Sequence record: KY703222
Direction: 5' to 3' (one strand)
DNA: 64,000 nt
Origin: Escherichia phage phiC120
In this document: positions 38,434 through 47,353 of the stretch, piece after piece
Layout: every line of letters starts with the position of its first letter
Position numbering within the stretch: position 1 is the stretch's first letter
Notes under the pieces: generated by a model
The model's input: the letters and a program-made list of their open reading frames with translations, nothing else
Told to the model about the DNA's origin: nothing
Databases searched by the model: none
Translations under genes and position numbers: made by a program

Positions 38434-38597
38434 TACTTTTTAAGCTTTCCGACTAAAGGTCCATCAGGCCCAGGTTGTTCTAACATGAATGGTGATGCTT
38501 TAAGAAGCAATGCCAACCCTTTCACCATTCGATACCATATCTCAAAGTCCTTTTTCTTGGTTTCCACTAAGAATTGCTCTTTCAAATGCTCTTTCAT
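38433..38597 (-). CDS. Small ORF (54 aa)
   Basis: Own translation MKEHLKEQFLVETKKKDFEIWYRMVKGLALLLKASPF...; ATGA overlap with upstream ORF. Confidence 0.3.
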   Translation of the reverse strand: MKEHLKEQFLVETKKKDFEIWYRMVKGLALLLKASPFMLEQPGPDGPLVGKLKK

Positions 38598-38782
38598 TTC
38601 CAAGGACTCCACGGTGGTGGGTCGTCATAATAAGAGGCTAGGTCTTTCAGGGCTTCGACAGGTAAACTAAAGCCGTGTCGTTGTATAATACTATCTAGTT
38701 CATCAACAAGTTCACTACGATGCACTTTAGGAGCCTTGACTTCAGGCTCATCAAACATACTCATAAGGTCCATATTATTCAC
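38594..38782 (-). CDS. Hypothetical protein (62 aa)
   Basis: ORF track. Confidence 0.4.
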   Translation of the reverse strand: MNNMDLMSMFDEPEVKAPKVHRSELVDELDSIIQRHGFSLPVEALKDLASYYDDPPPWSPWK

Positions 38783-39239
38783 CGAGATAAAAACTAGCCG
38801 GTTCAGAAAATGTTTCTAGTGCTACACCTTTTGTCTTAAAAAATTTCCAAATAGCTCGTTGCAAATGGATTAAATCTGCTAATGATGTAATAAAGTATTT
38901 TTTGGCAAAATACTTATGGTCTCGCTTTTCAAACAAGTCTAAACGCTTTTCAGGATTCACATAAACGGCATTTTCTGTAGATTCGTACCCTAAGTCCTTT
39001 ATGCCTTCTTCAAGACTAAACGGAGAATTTTTAGAATGAGTAATAGCTCCAACTCGCTCTACACGAATTTTGTAACCTTTAGGAATCTGCAATTTGCAGA
39101 ATTCTTCTACGATATATTGCGGATTATTTAGACTTTTGTTAACGAGAATAGCTATTTCTAGCGGAGTCTTATCTTCTACTGGTATATGTTTAAACGACTT
39201 GGCTTCAAGCAAATACATTTTAAATAGCATAGCATCCAT
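38775..39239 (-). CDS. Hypothetical protein (154 aa)
   Basis: ORF track; TAATG coupling with upstream small ORF. Confidence 0.45.
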   Translation of the reverse strand: MDAMLFKMYLLEAKSFKHIPVEDKTPLEIAILVNKSLNNPQYIVEEFCKLQIPKGYKIRVERVGAITHSKNSPFSLEEGIKDLGYESTENAVYVNPEKRLDLFEKRDHKYFAKKYFITSLADLIHLQRAIWKFFKTKGVALETFSEPASFYLGE

Positions 39240-39418
39240 TATAATTTCCTCAATGGTTCACCCATATAAAGTTTTACAATACGTTCGCCTTCATCTTCGA
39301 CGAGCTTTTCTTCATGTTTCTGGAGTTCTTTGACCATTTTCTCTTCAAAAACATCTAACCAATCTTCCGGTCCGACTCCATCATTCAAGCTTTTAAACCA
39401 TTTTACTATTCTGTTCAT
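39239..39418 (-). CDS. Small acidic ORF (59 aa)
   Basis: Own translation MNRIVKWFKSLNDGVGPEDWLDVFEEKMVKELQKHEEKLVEDEGERIVKLYMGEPLRKL; ATGA/TAATG overlaps on both sides. Confidence 0.35.
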   Translation of the reverse strand: MNRIVKWFKSLNDGVGPEDWLDVFEEKMVKELQKHEEKLVEDEGERIVKLYMGEPLRKL

Positions 39419-39603
39419 TCACAGCTCCCTGAGCTTGAACCACAATCAGAATAACTTGTCCCAGAATCACCAGGCCAAGACGATACGTATGAATGATTAT
39501 AACTTGAAGAGCTTGAAGCAGACTTAGGACGAATAACTTCTTCCATCATGCCGTCACCAATGTATTCCCAACTTTTTTCGTGTGTATCAGGAATAGGCAT
39601 CAT
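39415..39603 (-). CDS. Hypothetical Ser-rich protein (62 aa from ATG 39603)
   Basis: Internal ATG pair with GAAGGT RBS; the longer ORF-track form overlaps the upstream ORF by 110 nt. Confidence 0.3.
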   Translation of the reverse strand: MMPIPDTHEKSWEYIGDGMMEEVIRPKSASSSSSYNHSYVSSWPGDSGTSYSDCGSSSGSCE

Positions 39604-39616
39604 ACCTTCGCCTGGT

Positions 39617-39913
39617 TTAACAGCAAATAACTTCTTCAGTATCGTAAGCATTAATTGTTCCTCGAACAAAACGAACACCACCATCATCCCAACGGATTTC
39701 GGCATTAAATTTGACGTCTTCACCATCCATCATGAATGAGTGTACGACTACATCATCGTAATATCCAAGACCGTATTTCAACGAAACTTCTTGAGCAATC
39801 AAAGCACCTAATGTATTATTAGGTTTAATCCAACGATTTAACATATTGTTCTCCTCTTGAGTAGGTAAGAATATCTTAACACAGTTTTTAGTGGTTGTAA
39901 ACTGTAGAAACAA
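39617..39913 (-). CDS. Hypothetical protein (98 aa or shorter)
   Basis: ORF track. Confidence 0.4.
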   Translation of the reverse strand: MFLQFTTTKNCVKIFLPTQEENNMLNRWIKPNNTLGALIAQEVSLKYGLGYYDDVVVHSFMMDGEDVKFNAEIRWDDGGVRFVRGTINAYDTEEVICC

Positions 39914-39947
39914 AAAAAAAGGAATCCCGAAGGATTCCTTAAATTAT

Positions 39948-40184
39948 TTAACCACTTACTGGTGTAGGGGTAAACATTGCAGCGTTCTTAGTTTTCCAGT
40001 CGGCGGTATCAGTTACTACAGTAGTGTATGCCGCCTTTTCTGATGGAAAGATTTGGTAATGAGAATCTGCAATCCGATGTTCGTTTGAATAAATCTCAAA
40101 CGGAACAGAAACTTCCATACCTTTAACTTCTTTACCTTCACCCGCAGGATGCGTAAAGGTTTTGATGTTTACATAACCACCCAT
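39948..40184 (-). CDS. soc: Small outer capsid protein Soc
   Basis: 78 aa; GYVNIKTF...HYQ(I/T)FPSEKAAY(T/S)TV matches T4 Soc as recalled; AAGGAG RBS. Confidence 0.85.
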   Translation of the reverse strand: MGGYVNIKTFTHPAGEGKEVKGMEVSVPFEIYSNEHRIADSHYQIFPSEKAAYTTVVTDTADWKTKNAAMFTPTPVSG

Positions 40185-40215
40185 AATTAACTCCTTTGTT
40201 GTTTAATTACAGGTG

Positions 40216-40223
40216 TATTTATA
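40216..40223 (-). promoter_or_regulatory. T4 late promoter TATAAATA for soc
   Basis: Exact TATAAATA on minus strand about 30 nt upstream of soc ATG, just after gene 56 stop. Confidence 0.6.
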
Positions 40224-40225
40224 AC

Positions 40226-40747
40226 TTAATATCCGTTGTCCTGGCGTTCAAAGTTGTGTTGGTTTTTCAAGTAGTAAAGTTTAAAGATTTCTTCAGCAGA
40301 AAGACCCAGACCTTGGAACATATTCAGAACAAAGTGGAGGATATCAATCATTTCGAATTTAATTTCGAGCTGGTCTTCAGGAGACAGTTCATCGATACGA
40401 CGATTTCGATATTCAGCATGTTGTGCTTTCCATGGCTTCCATACACTGCTGGCGGCTTTTTCACCATTGCTCATACCACCAAGTGAAGTCAGCAGTTCAC
40501 GGAATTCATCATCAATATAATCTTTCTGATTACGCAGCCAATCAACAACATCGCCGGCAGTAGCCAATTCATCAGGATGTTTGTTATGTTCAGGCTTGTC
40601 ATTTGCCAGACGAACCTGTAAAGATTTCTGCATATCAAGCATAACTTGCAGTGGGTCTTTATCTTCGTGAATCAGAGCATTAAAATAAGCTTCTTCTGCT
40701 TTATCAACACCGGAAATAAGTTGTGAACATTCGTTAAAGTGTGCCAT
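40226..40747 (-). CDS. 56: dCTP pyrophosphatase gp56
   Basis: 173 aa from ATG 40747 with AAGGA RBS (ORF-track start is TTG); MazG-like; T4 size 171 aa. Confidence 0.8.
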   Translation of the reverse strand: MAHFNECSQLISGVDKAEEAYFNALIHEDKDPLQVMLDMQKSLQVRLANDKPEHNKHPDELATAGDVVDWLRNQKDYIDDEFRELLTSLGGMSNGEKAASSVWKPWKAQHAEYRNRRIDELSPEDQLEIKFEMIDILHFVLNMFQGLGLSAEEIFKLYYLKNQHNFERQDNGY

Positions 40748-40836
40748 TATTTTTCCTTTCAATTCAGTATAAGAGAGTTTAATTCTAACATTAATTTTAT
40801 AAAGCGTAATAAATAATAGGTAACTAAGGAGATATT

Positions 40837-41034
40837 ATGTTTAAACTTCCATCGTTAATCAACGCTATTAAAGGCAATAAAAAGAAAACTGCTATCGCTG
40901 CAATAGTTATAGGTGGCATTATTTCATGGAACTTCGGGATTGCACCGGTGTTAGTTGCTAATGGTATTATAGTTCCTTCCGTTCCGTTGGATACTGTTGT
41001 TGACCTAGCTTTTGCTGTTATAGGGCTAGTCTAA
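40837..41034 (+). CDS. Small membrane protein (65 aa), the only plus-strand gene embedded in this minus-strand block
   Basis: Strong RBS TAAGGAG 7 nt before ATG; two hydrophobic segments; convergent with gene 61. Confidence 0.45.
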   Translation: MFKLPSLINAIKGNKKKTAIAAIVIGGIISWNFGIAPVLVANGIIVPSVPLDTVVDLAFAVIGLV

Positions 41035-42053
41035 ATTTTAGAATACCGAGATAATCTCATTTTAGCATGCAACCCACTTGAAATATTCTGTTTCATATAT
41101 TCTAAAATTTCTTGTGGTGTTGCATTTTCTTTCATTACCATATCATTCACATCCTTTGAACTCCATGGAGCTCTATCCCAGAACATAACACGTTCGCCTG
41201 CATCTACTAATCGCTTCATGCGAGCTATAGTATCTGGATGCCTAGGTTCATTATCCATTACCCATACCCGACGTTCTTTAAATGGCACCACATCTAAATC
41301 TATTGAGCCGCCTGTAATAGCGATTGCATTGGGTATGAATAAACTATCAATAGGGCCTTCCATTACCCAGACGTCTCCTTCCTTAACACGTTCAACACCA
41401 TAAATTTTTGTTGCAGATTCAAAAGCTTTAATAGTGATATATTTTTGAGGAGCATCTTTGCGAAGTGCACGTCCTTGAAATGACTCGGCCTTCCCGTCTT
41501 TATTAAAAATAGGAATCACTAAACGCGGTTCAGGAATCTCTTTCTTATACGTACCAGGTTGAATCTTGTTGACCAATTTAGGCCATTCTAATGTGAACCA
41601 TAATCTGTTCCACGATTCTTTAGGAATACACCGAGACTTAACATATTTCACAATAGGATGCTCTTCAGGCAGCTTGTCCAGACGAGAACAAGACGGCAAA
41701 GAATTTATAGTCTTTTTCTCCGGTTCTGGTTTATGTTCAGGAACCTTTTCAATCTTTGGTTCCATTCTAGCTTTTTCTTTACGAACTTCCATTAGATATT
41801 CACGATAAAGCTCTTCGTCATACTCTTTTAAGTATCCGGAAATTGTATTATGATATTGGCAGTTATAGCAATGCACATTACCTGGAGTACCACCGTAATA
41901 CCATCCGCGGGCTTTCATTGCATCTGTCTGAGAGTCGCCGCAAACTGGACAACGAAACGTTAATTTAAATGTGCTTGAATTATTGATTTGTCTAAAACGA
42001 GGTAGGTGAGAAAACGCACGATAAGCAAATTCATTATCTATCCATTCAGCCAT
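41031..42053 (-). CDS. 61: DNA primase gp61
   Basis: 340 aa (T4 342); N-terminal zinc ribbon CPVCGDS...CYNCQYH and TOPRIM region. Confidence 0.9.
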   Translation of the reverse strand: MAEWIDNEFAYRAFSHLPRFRQINNSSTFKLTFRCPVCGDSQTDAMKARGWYYGGTPGNVHCYNCQYHNTISGYLKEYDEELYREYLMEVRKEKARMEPKIEKVPEHKPEPEKKTINSLPSCSRLDKLPEEHPIVKYVKSRCIPKESWNRLWFTLEWPKLVNKIQPGTYKKEIPEPRLVIPIFNKDGKAESFQGRALRKDAPQKYITIKAFESATKIYGVERVKEGDVWVMEGPIDSLFIPNAIAITGGSIDLDVVPFKERRVWVMDNEPRHPDTIARMKRLVDAGERVMFWDRAPWSSKDVNDMVMKENATPQEILEYMKQNISSGLHAKMRLSRYSKI

Positions 42054-42092
42054 AGTATTCTCCAGAGGCCTTAAATTAATAAGGCCATCATA

Positions 42093-42587
42093 TCACAACT
42101 TATTAATATTTACTTTAATTCGCTTTCTTTTCTTGGAAGGAATTTGTTCTGGACCTTTATTTACGACTGCACCTGTAGTTGTTCCTGATGCAATAGCTTG
42201 AGGGCTGCCACCTGAATCACCAGCAACCATATCCTCAAATAAAGGGAGTTCTTTAAATATTTCTTTCTGCTGTTCTTCTGTAATGTTATAGCGGGATGCT
42301 ACAGCACTCCAGGCAGACATCATTGAGGCCATTCCATTAAGTCCTGGAACAGTGCTCATCATTCGCTTCATTGAACGAACTGAAGCATGAAAAGGTGTAT
42401 AAGCCGCTTTCTCTTCAGGAGTAGAAGGACGTTTAAGAACACTTCCACGTTCATCGATGATTTTGGCTTCGTACGCTTTCCATTCTGTAAAAGGTTTTTG
42501 CATTAGTCGAATAAACTTATATGCATAAACTGAATCTATTGCAGTGTTAATAATACCCATAGGTACCTCCTGAGTATATTTAATCAA
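42093..42587 (-). CDS. Hypothetical protein (164 aa, 61.1 position)
   Basis: ORF track; synteny. Confidence 0.45.
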   Translation of the reverse strand: MIKYTQEVPMGIINTAIDSVYAYKFIRLMQKPFTEWKAYEAKIIDERGSVLKRPSTPEEKAAYTPFHASVRSMKRMMSTVPGLNGMASMMSAWSAVASRYNITEEQQKEIFKELPLFEDMVAGDSGGSPQAIASGTTTGAVVNKGPEQIPSKKRKRIKVNINKL

Positions 42588-42777
42588 TCACAAAGATCGC
42601 TTTATCACCGTTCGCATCTGTGACTTCATATGTAGTGTCTTCATAGTGTGGAATATTCCAAATTACACCATCATTAGCTTTTACACTAATATGACATTGG
42701 TGTTTTGAAACAACTTCATAATCTTCAAAACTTGTAAAAACACTAATTTTAGAACCAGTGCAAATTGCAGTAGTCAT
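42580..42777 (-). CDS. Hypothetical protein (65 aa)
   Basis: ORF track. Confidence 0.4.
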   Translation of the reverse strand: MTTAICTGSKISVFTSFEDYEVVSKHQCHISVKANDGVIWNIPHYEDTTYEVTDANGDKAIFVID

Positions 42778-42778
42778 T

Positions 42779-43438
42779 TTAACCTCGATTCATAAATGCA
42801 TTAAATATTTGGTCATCAACAGAAATTTCTAATTCGACTTCAATTGTTTCAGCCTTTTCTTCAGGTGGTAATTCGTATCCACACACTACAATTTTTTCAT
42901 CGATATCAAAATATACAGAAGCAATACGATTAATGTTACTTTCAGTTAAGTCTAAATCAACATCAACATCTTTTTGACCTACACTTAAAGGATAACTAAT
43001 ACGGGTTATTTTATTATCTTTAACAAAGAGTCCACCAACATACTCTGTACTACGTTTGAAGTTTACACGTTTCCGAATTGAAAGATATGATACATCTTTA
43101 CCGTGAGCTCGGCTCATAGGACATAATGAATAACTAGAATAAGAGATATCAAATCCTACGCCTTCAACATGTGCCAGAGTATCATGAGTAAACCAATTAT
43201 AGTCGTATGCCAAATCCATTAAATTATAATATGTGAACGGAACTGGATTAACGTCATACGTTGTACCTTTAAAATCTGCCCAGGCAACGATTTCGTTATC
43301 TTTAACAATTACAAAAATTACACCAATATGGTATCCGTTATTATTTTCATTCGGCGTTATATTATAACATTGTGCATTAGGAAATTTACCATATTTAAAT
43401 GGCGCGTTTTTGTGCATGTAATAAATCATATTATTCAC
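42779..43438 (-). CDS. Hypothetical protein (219 aa)
   Basis: ORF track. Confidence 0.45.
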   Translation of the reverse strand: MNNMIYYMHKNAPFKYGKFPNAQCYNITPNENNNGYHIGVIFVIVKDNEIVAWADFKGTTYDVNPVPFTYYNLMDLAYDYNWFTHDTLAHVEGVGFDISYSSYSLCPMSRAHGKDVSYLSIRKRVNFKRSTEYVGGLFVKDNKITRISYPLSVGQKDVDVDLDLTESNINRIASVYFDIDEKIVVCGYELPPEEKAETIEVELEISVDDQIFNAFMNRG

Positions 43439-43724
43439 CTGTGATTTCGGTTACGATATCTTTGTTATCGAAATTAGGGTCACAATACAAAACATAGTTG
43501 TACTGCATGATACCACCAGACTTAAGTTGTTCAACAACTTTATTAACCATATTAGGACGATCTCGTTTAGTGATGTTCATGATATCAGAGAAGATTTGTT
43601 GTTCAACATCTTCTTGATTTGCAGTCATTGACCACTCACAGAGGTCTTTATCATAACCTGCCGTAACTGGAGCCGGTGCACATGATACTGCAAGTAAGAT
43701 TGCTGCCAATGATAACTTTTTCAT
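43431..43724 (-). CDS. sp: Spackle-like periplasmic protein (signal peptide)
   Basis: 97 aa (same as T4 Sp); N-terminal MKKLSLAAILLAVSCAPAPV signal sequence. Confidence 0.55.
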   Translation of the reverse strand: MKKLSLAAILLAVSCAPAPVTAGYDKDLCEWSMTANQEDVEQQIFSDIMNITKRDRPNMVNKVVEQLKSGGIMQYNYVLYCDPNFDNKDIVTEITGE

Positions 43725-43753
43725 TTTAACTCCTTAGTTGATTTGATAGGACT

Positions 43754-43783
43754 ACTATACTATAGTCCATCTATAATGTAAAC
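43754..43783 (-). promoter_or_regulatory. Sigma70-type early promoter (GTTTAC-18-TATAGT) for sp
   Basis: Minus strand GTTTACattatagatggactatagTATAGT. Confidence 0.45.
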
Positions 43784-43787
43784 AAGT

Positions 43788-44036
43788 TTATTCTTTTTCG
43801 CGAATAATAATTACTTGTTGAGGCTGCTGAGCCGATTTCTTTTCGGCAACGATAGACCAAATTAAAGTTCCAATCCAACCAACCATCGTCCAGTTAAAGA
43901 GTAAAGATACAAAGAAGATTGCTGTTGTGCTTTTTGTGCCACGAATAAGTGCGATTACCCAAGGCAACATGTAAATGATGATTGAACCAATACCTGCGAT
44001 TAAAACTGCTACTGAACTAGCTACGAATAATTCCAT
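43788..44036 (-). CDS. Small inner-membrane protein (82 aa, two predicted TM segments)
   Basis: Hydrophobic stretches VAVLIAGIGSIIIYMLPWVIALI and TAIFFVSLLFNWTMVGWIGTLIW. Confidence 0.45.
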   Translation of the reverse strand: MELFVASSVAVLIAGIGSIIIYMLPWVIALIRGTKSTTAIFFVSLLFNWTMVGWIGTLIWSIVAEKKSAQQPQQVIIIREKE

Positions 44037-44064
44037 GTTAATTTCCTCTTGATTTGTTATGTTT

Positions 44065-44094
44065 ATAGTATCTTGTTTTAACTTTGGTGTAAAC
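44065..44094 (-). promoter_or_regulatory. Sigma70-type early promoter (GTTTAC-18-TACTAT)
   Basis: Minus strand GTTTACaccaaagttaaaacaagaTACTAT. Confidence 0.45.
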
Positions 44095-44097
44095 CAA

Positions 44098-44466
44098 TTA
44101 ATTAAATTTGTTTAAACGTTCAATACACTGGACGTAGTTATTCGCGATTTGTTTCTGGGTAGGCTCTTTACCAGTTGTTTCAACATAGCGAATGAATGCG
44201 ATTTCAGTAGCCTGTAAGCAATGTTCTTTAACGCGTTGTTCTTTTGATAATGCTACAGTATCAGAGTCACGATAACGTTGAGCATGGGCATCAGCTTGAA
44301 TCATTCGATTACCTACAGTAACCGGGTCTTCCACTTCAACTTTAGGTTGGTCATACTGTTTAACATTCGGATTGTAAATCAATTGGCCAACGTTATTAGG
44401 GATAAAGCCATGGGCACCACATCCGGTTAATCCAAATACCATTGCTAAAGCGATTAATTTTTTCAT
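44098..44466 (-). CDS. Putative lipoprotein (122 aa)
   Basis: Signal peptide with lipobox MKKLIALAMVFGLTGC. Confidence 0.5.
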   Translation of the reverse strand: MKKLIALAMVFGLTGCGAHGFIPNNVGQLIYNPNVKQYDQPKVEVEDPVTVGNRMIQADAHAQRYRDSDTVALSKEQRVKEHCLQATEIAFIRYVETTGKEPTQKQIANNYVQCIERLNKFN

Positions 44467-44494
44467 TTCAATTTCCTCTGTAGTTGATAGAAAG

Positions 44495-44524
44495 ATAGTA
44501 ACACAGTATGTAGTGCTTGTAAAC
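44495..44524 (-). promoter_or_regulatory. Sigma70-type early promoter (GTTTAC-18-TACTAT)
   Basis: Minus strand GTTTACaagcactacatactgtgtTACTAT. Confidence 0.45.
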
Positions 44525-44538
44525 AGCTATTTTTAAAA

Positions 44539-44727
44539 TTATCGAAAATCAGCTTCAAAAACTTTCTCGTCATTAACAAATGCTTTAACTAATGCTTTGT
44601 TCACTTCAGCAAGTTGTACCGTAACCCACTCGATTTCTTCACGGTCACCTGATAACATGATATCTTTAGTGAACATCTCACCGCTTTTAAACCAACCGAT
44701 AAAAGTAACTTTAGTTAATTTGCTCAT
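44539..44727 (-). CDS. dmd: Dmd (antitoxin against host RnlA/LsoA-type mRNA endonucleases)
   Basis: 62 aa; resembles T4 Dmd as recalled (V.F.GWFK...MFTK.I......EVNKALVKAF..D.KV.E.D.R). Confidence 0.75.
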   Translation of the reverse strand: MSKLTKVTFIGWFKSGEMFTKDIMLSGDREEIEWVTVQLAEVNKALVKAFVNDEKVFEADFR

Positions 44728-45041
44728 ATTTCCTCACAGAACGCCCATTCAGCATGATAAACTGTAGCACCTTTAGTATTATTCATTTGAACTACGTCTA
44801 CCGGAGAAATTACTCGATAGAGACGTGGTTCACCTCCATAAGAGCGTGCTGCTCGTCCTGCATAAATCTTTGCTAAACCGATATCTTCAGTAAAGAATAC
44901 ACGATTCAAGTTTTTCTTACGTCCGGTTTCAGACAGAACTCCTGTTTCTTCAGGAGGACAAAGCATGTTTTCGATGTTAGCTGAACTACTTGAACCGTGA
45001 TAAAAAATCTTAAATTCTGCTTTACAATCGATGGTTTTCAT
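44724..45041 (-). CDS. Hypothetical protein (105 aa)
   Basis: ORF track. Confidence 0.45.
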   Translation of the reverse strand: MKTIDCKAEFKIFYHGSSSSANIENMLCPPEETGVLSETGRKKNLNRVFFTEDIGLAKIYAGRAARSYGGEPRLYRVISPVDVVQMNNTKGATVYHAEWAFCEEI

Positions 45042-45067
45042 TTTGTTCTCCAGTAGTTGATAGGTCT

Positions 45068-45096
45068 ATAATAACACAACTACTGGAGAAGTAAAC
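45068..45096 (-). promoter_or_regulatory. Sigma70-type early promoter (GTTTAC-17-TATTAT)
   Basis: Minus strand GTTTACttctccagtagttgtgtTATTAT. Confidence 0.45.
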
Positions 45097-45471
45097 TTAA
45101 AAACGTAATTTAGATATATCTGCGTTGATTTCGTTTTGGTTTGCGTCGTATGCAATTAAACGAACCGCTTTAGATGGGTCATTCAATGCATAGAAATGAT
45201 GGAACATTGCTCGAACGATATCACCATTTACGAGTTCTACCTGGATAGGAGAACCTTTTTCGAGTTGGAAATGTTCATAAGCTTTGATGGTTCGCAGATA
45301 ATCAAGTTTTTGATTTCCGGCTCCAACAATTTGTACGATACGTTTGCCCATGTTTTCCATACGAGATACAATAGTTTTAGGAGCAAGAATAACGTAGGTT
45401 GCCAGTGGAGAAACTACTTCAACAGTTGTGTTTTCGGTGATTGCAGTAAAAATTGCTTGAGACATATTCAT
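45097..45471 (-). CDS. Hypothetical protein (124 aa)
   Basis: ORF track; AAGAGGAA RBS. Confidence 0.45.
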   Translation of the reverse strand: MNMSQAIFTAITENTTVEVVSPLATYVILAPKTIVSRMENMGKRIVQIVGAGNQKLDYLRTIKAYEHFQLEKGSPIQVELVNGDIVRAMFHHFYALNDPSKAVRLIAYDANQNEINADISKLRF

Positions 45472-45500
45472 AATGTTTTCCTCTTGGTTGGTGTAAGTAC

Positions 45501-45530
45501 ATCATATCATGCCTAGAGGAAGATGTAAAC
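45501..45530 (-). promoter_or_regulatory. Sigma70-type early promoter (GTTTAC-18-TATGAT)
   Basis: Minus strand GTTTACatcttcctctaggcatgaTATGAT. Confidence 0.45.
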
Positions 45531-45534
45531 CCCG

Positions 45535-45556
45535 AAAGGAGACCGAAGTCTCCTTT
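45535..45556 (-). terminator. Hairpin terminator downstream of gene 41 (AAAGGAGAC-UUCG-GUCUCCUUU)
   Basis: 9-bp stem with CTTCGG loop directly after gene 41 stop. Confidence 0.6.
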
Positions 45557-45559
45557 TTA

Positions 45560-47002
45560 TTAAAATTTTAACTCATTGGCTAAGCTATCTAGGTCAGCAC
45601 GTGTTGCTTTGGCTTTACCTACGCGTTCCGTACGATTCACCTCTGCCTGACGCATCTGAGCACCTGCGTTTTCATTTACTGTGTTAGGTGTGTTCATGCC
45701 TTCTTGCTCAATCTCAACCCATTTCTGATTGCCTTTACGTACACCCATCAGGAATTTATTCCACTTATTCTTATCACCATATCGTGATTTGATTTGTTTG
45801 ATAAGTTGTTGTTCAGCTTGTGCAAGTTCTTCGGTTTCAATTACAGCCAACATGAAATCTGCCGTTGCTGGTAAACCTGCTGATTCTGCAATATCGCTCA
45901 TGTTCATGTCTGAAGCATCCCATGCTGCACGTCCTACTTGAGCTGCAGTCCATAGAACTGTTTCAGATTCTACTGCTAATGCACGAAGTTCTTCTGCGAT
46001 AGCTTTAACTAATGTGTAACTATTTTCAGTGTAAACTCTGATACGACAAGACCCACAAATACCTAAGTAATCGACTATGATTACAGACGGCACAAAGTTC
46101 TTCTTGAGTTTCAATTCATTAAGCAATGCACGGAATGTATTAGCATTAGCTCCACCAGTAGGATACTGTTTGACTACTAAACGTCCTAATGTTGATTTTG
46201 AACGCCATTTTTCCATCTTGGCTTTATATTCAGCATAAGATACGTTACCATCATCGATATCATCGAGTGATACGTCAAGCATGTTTGCATCTATACGCTT
46301 AGCACAAACTTCTTCAGCCATTTCCATGGAAATATAAAGAACATTATGTCCTGTTTGAAGATAATCTGCAGCAAGTGAACAAAGGCCTAAAGATTTACCA
46401 ACGTTAACACCGGCCATTAAAACGTTCAGTGTACCTGTTTCTGCGCCACCTTTGGTGATTTTATTAAGAATGTTTAATTTGAACGGGACCTTACGTGCTT
46501 TATTTAGATAAGAAAGCCAGCGTGCTTCATAGTCTTCCATCCAGTCATGACCAACATAACTATCAAACGAAATTGAAAGTGCTTGACGCATAATATCAGG
46601 AATAGCTCCTACGTCAGGCATTTTCTTGTTACGTTGTTCTGGAGGTAGTTCAGCATTAGACTGAATCTCAATGATTTTGGATGTAGCATTATACATCGCT
46701 TTTTGCTGGACATATTTCTCAGTTTCTTTAACCAACCATTCGTGGTCTTCAGGAGTATCAGCCAATTTTTCAATTAGGTCTGAAGTTCCTTTATATTCGG
46801 CTTCAGTTAAAGAACTGTTATCTAAAGCCACCTTTAACGCATTGATAGATGGCATTGCATTATATTCGTTAACGTGGCTCTTTATAATTTTAAAGACATT
46901 TTTTGCCGGTCCACGCTCAAAATACTCAGAATCCATATAAGGCCAGACCTTAGAAAAATAAGCCTGGTCATATACGAGATGAGACAAAATAATTTCTACC
47001 AC
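45560..47002 (-). CDS. 41: Replicative DNA helicase gp41 (DnaB-like)
   Basis: 480 aa (T4 475); near-identical N-terminus MVEIILSHL...; GTG start with AAGGAG RBS; Walker A GVNVGKS. Confidence 0.93.
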   Translation of the reverse strand: MVEIILSHLVYDQAYFSKVWPYMDSEYFERGPAKNVFKIIKSHVNEYNAMPSINALKVALDNSSLTEAEYKGTSDLIEKLADTPEDHEWLVKETEKYVQQKAMYNATSKIIEIQSNAELPPEQRNKKMPDVGAIPDIMRQALSISFDSYVGHDWMEDYEARWLSYLNKARKVPFKLNILNKITKGGAETGTLNVLMAGVNVGKSLGLCSLAADYLQTGHNVLYISMEMAEEVCAKRIDANMLDVSLDDIDDGNVSYAEYKAKMEKWRSKSTLGRLVVKQYPTGGANANTFRALLNELKLKKNFVPSVIIVDYLGICGSCRIRVYTENSYTLVKAIAEELRALAVESETVLWTAAQVGRAAWDASDMNMSDIAESAGLPATADFMLAVIETEELAQAEQQLIKQIKSRYGDKNKWNKFLMGVRKGNQKWVEIEQEGMNTPNTVNENAGAQMRQAEVNRTERVGKAKATRADLDSLANELKF

Positions 47003-47011
47003 GATAACTCC

Positions 47012-47353
47012 TTAAAAGAATTTAAATTTTTTCTTGGTTCGTTCATTAAAAGCTTGTTGTACCTGCATTGTAACACATTTTTCAACATGTGGTGCAAGTT
47101 CTGCTTTTCTGTCCTGGTCAAGAACTGCAAAGTCCATTACGATTTTACCATCAACCCAGTCTAGTTTTGTAATATAGACTATATGATGAGAACCGTCTTC
47201 AAGTGTAATCAGAATCTCTTGAATGACATTTTCCATTGCTGAACGGATAATTTTAAGAGATTCATTAAACACTCGTTCTTTGCGAATGTCTTCCCCTTCC
47301 GAAGAAGGGGATTCATCAACGATTTCTAGATTTAAATCATCGAGATTATTCAT
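47012..47353 (-). CDS. 40: Head vertex assembly chaperone gp40 (113 aa from ATG 47353; ORF track gives a TTG start at 47374)
   Basis: Synteny uvsX-40-41; start uncertain. Confidence 0.5.
   Translation of the reverse strand: MNNLDDLNLEIVDESPSSEGEDIRKERVFNESLKIIRSAMENVIQEILITLEDGSHHIVYITKLDWVDGKIVMDFAVLDQDRKAELAPHVEKCVTMQVQQAFNERTKKKFKFF

Noticed and set aside
39415-39913. Long forms of ORFs 39415..39726 and 39617..39913, which overlap by 110 nt
   Set aside because: An internal ATG pair at 39603 with a GAAGGT RBS removes the overlap; the 103-aa form is probably an ORF-finder extension.
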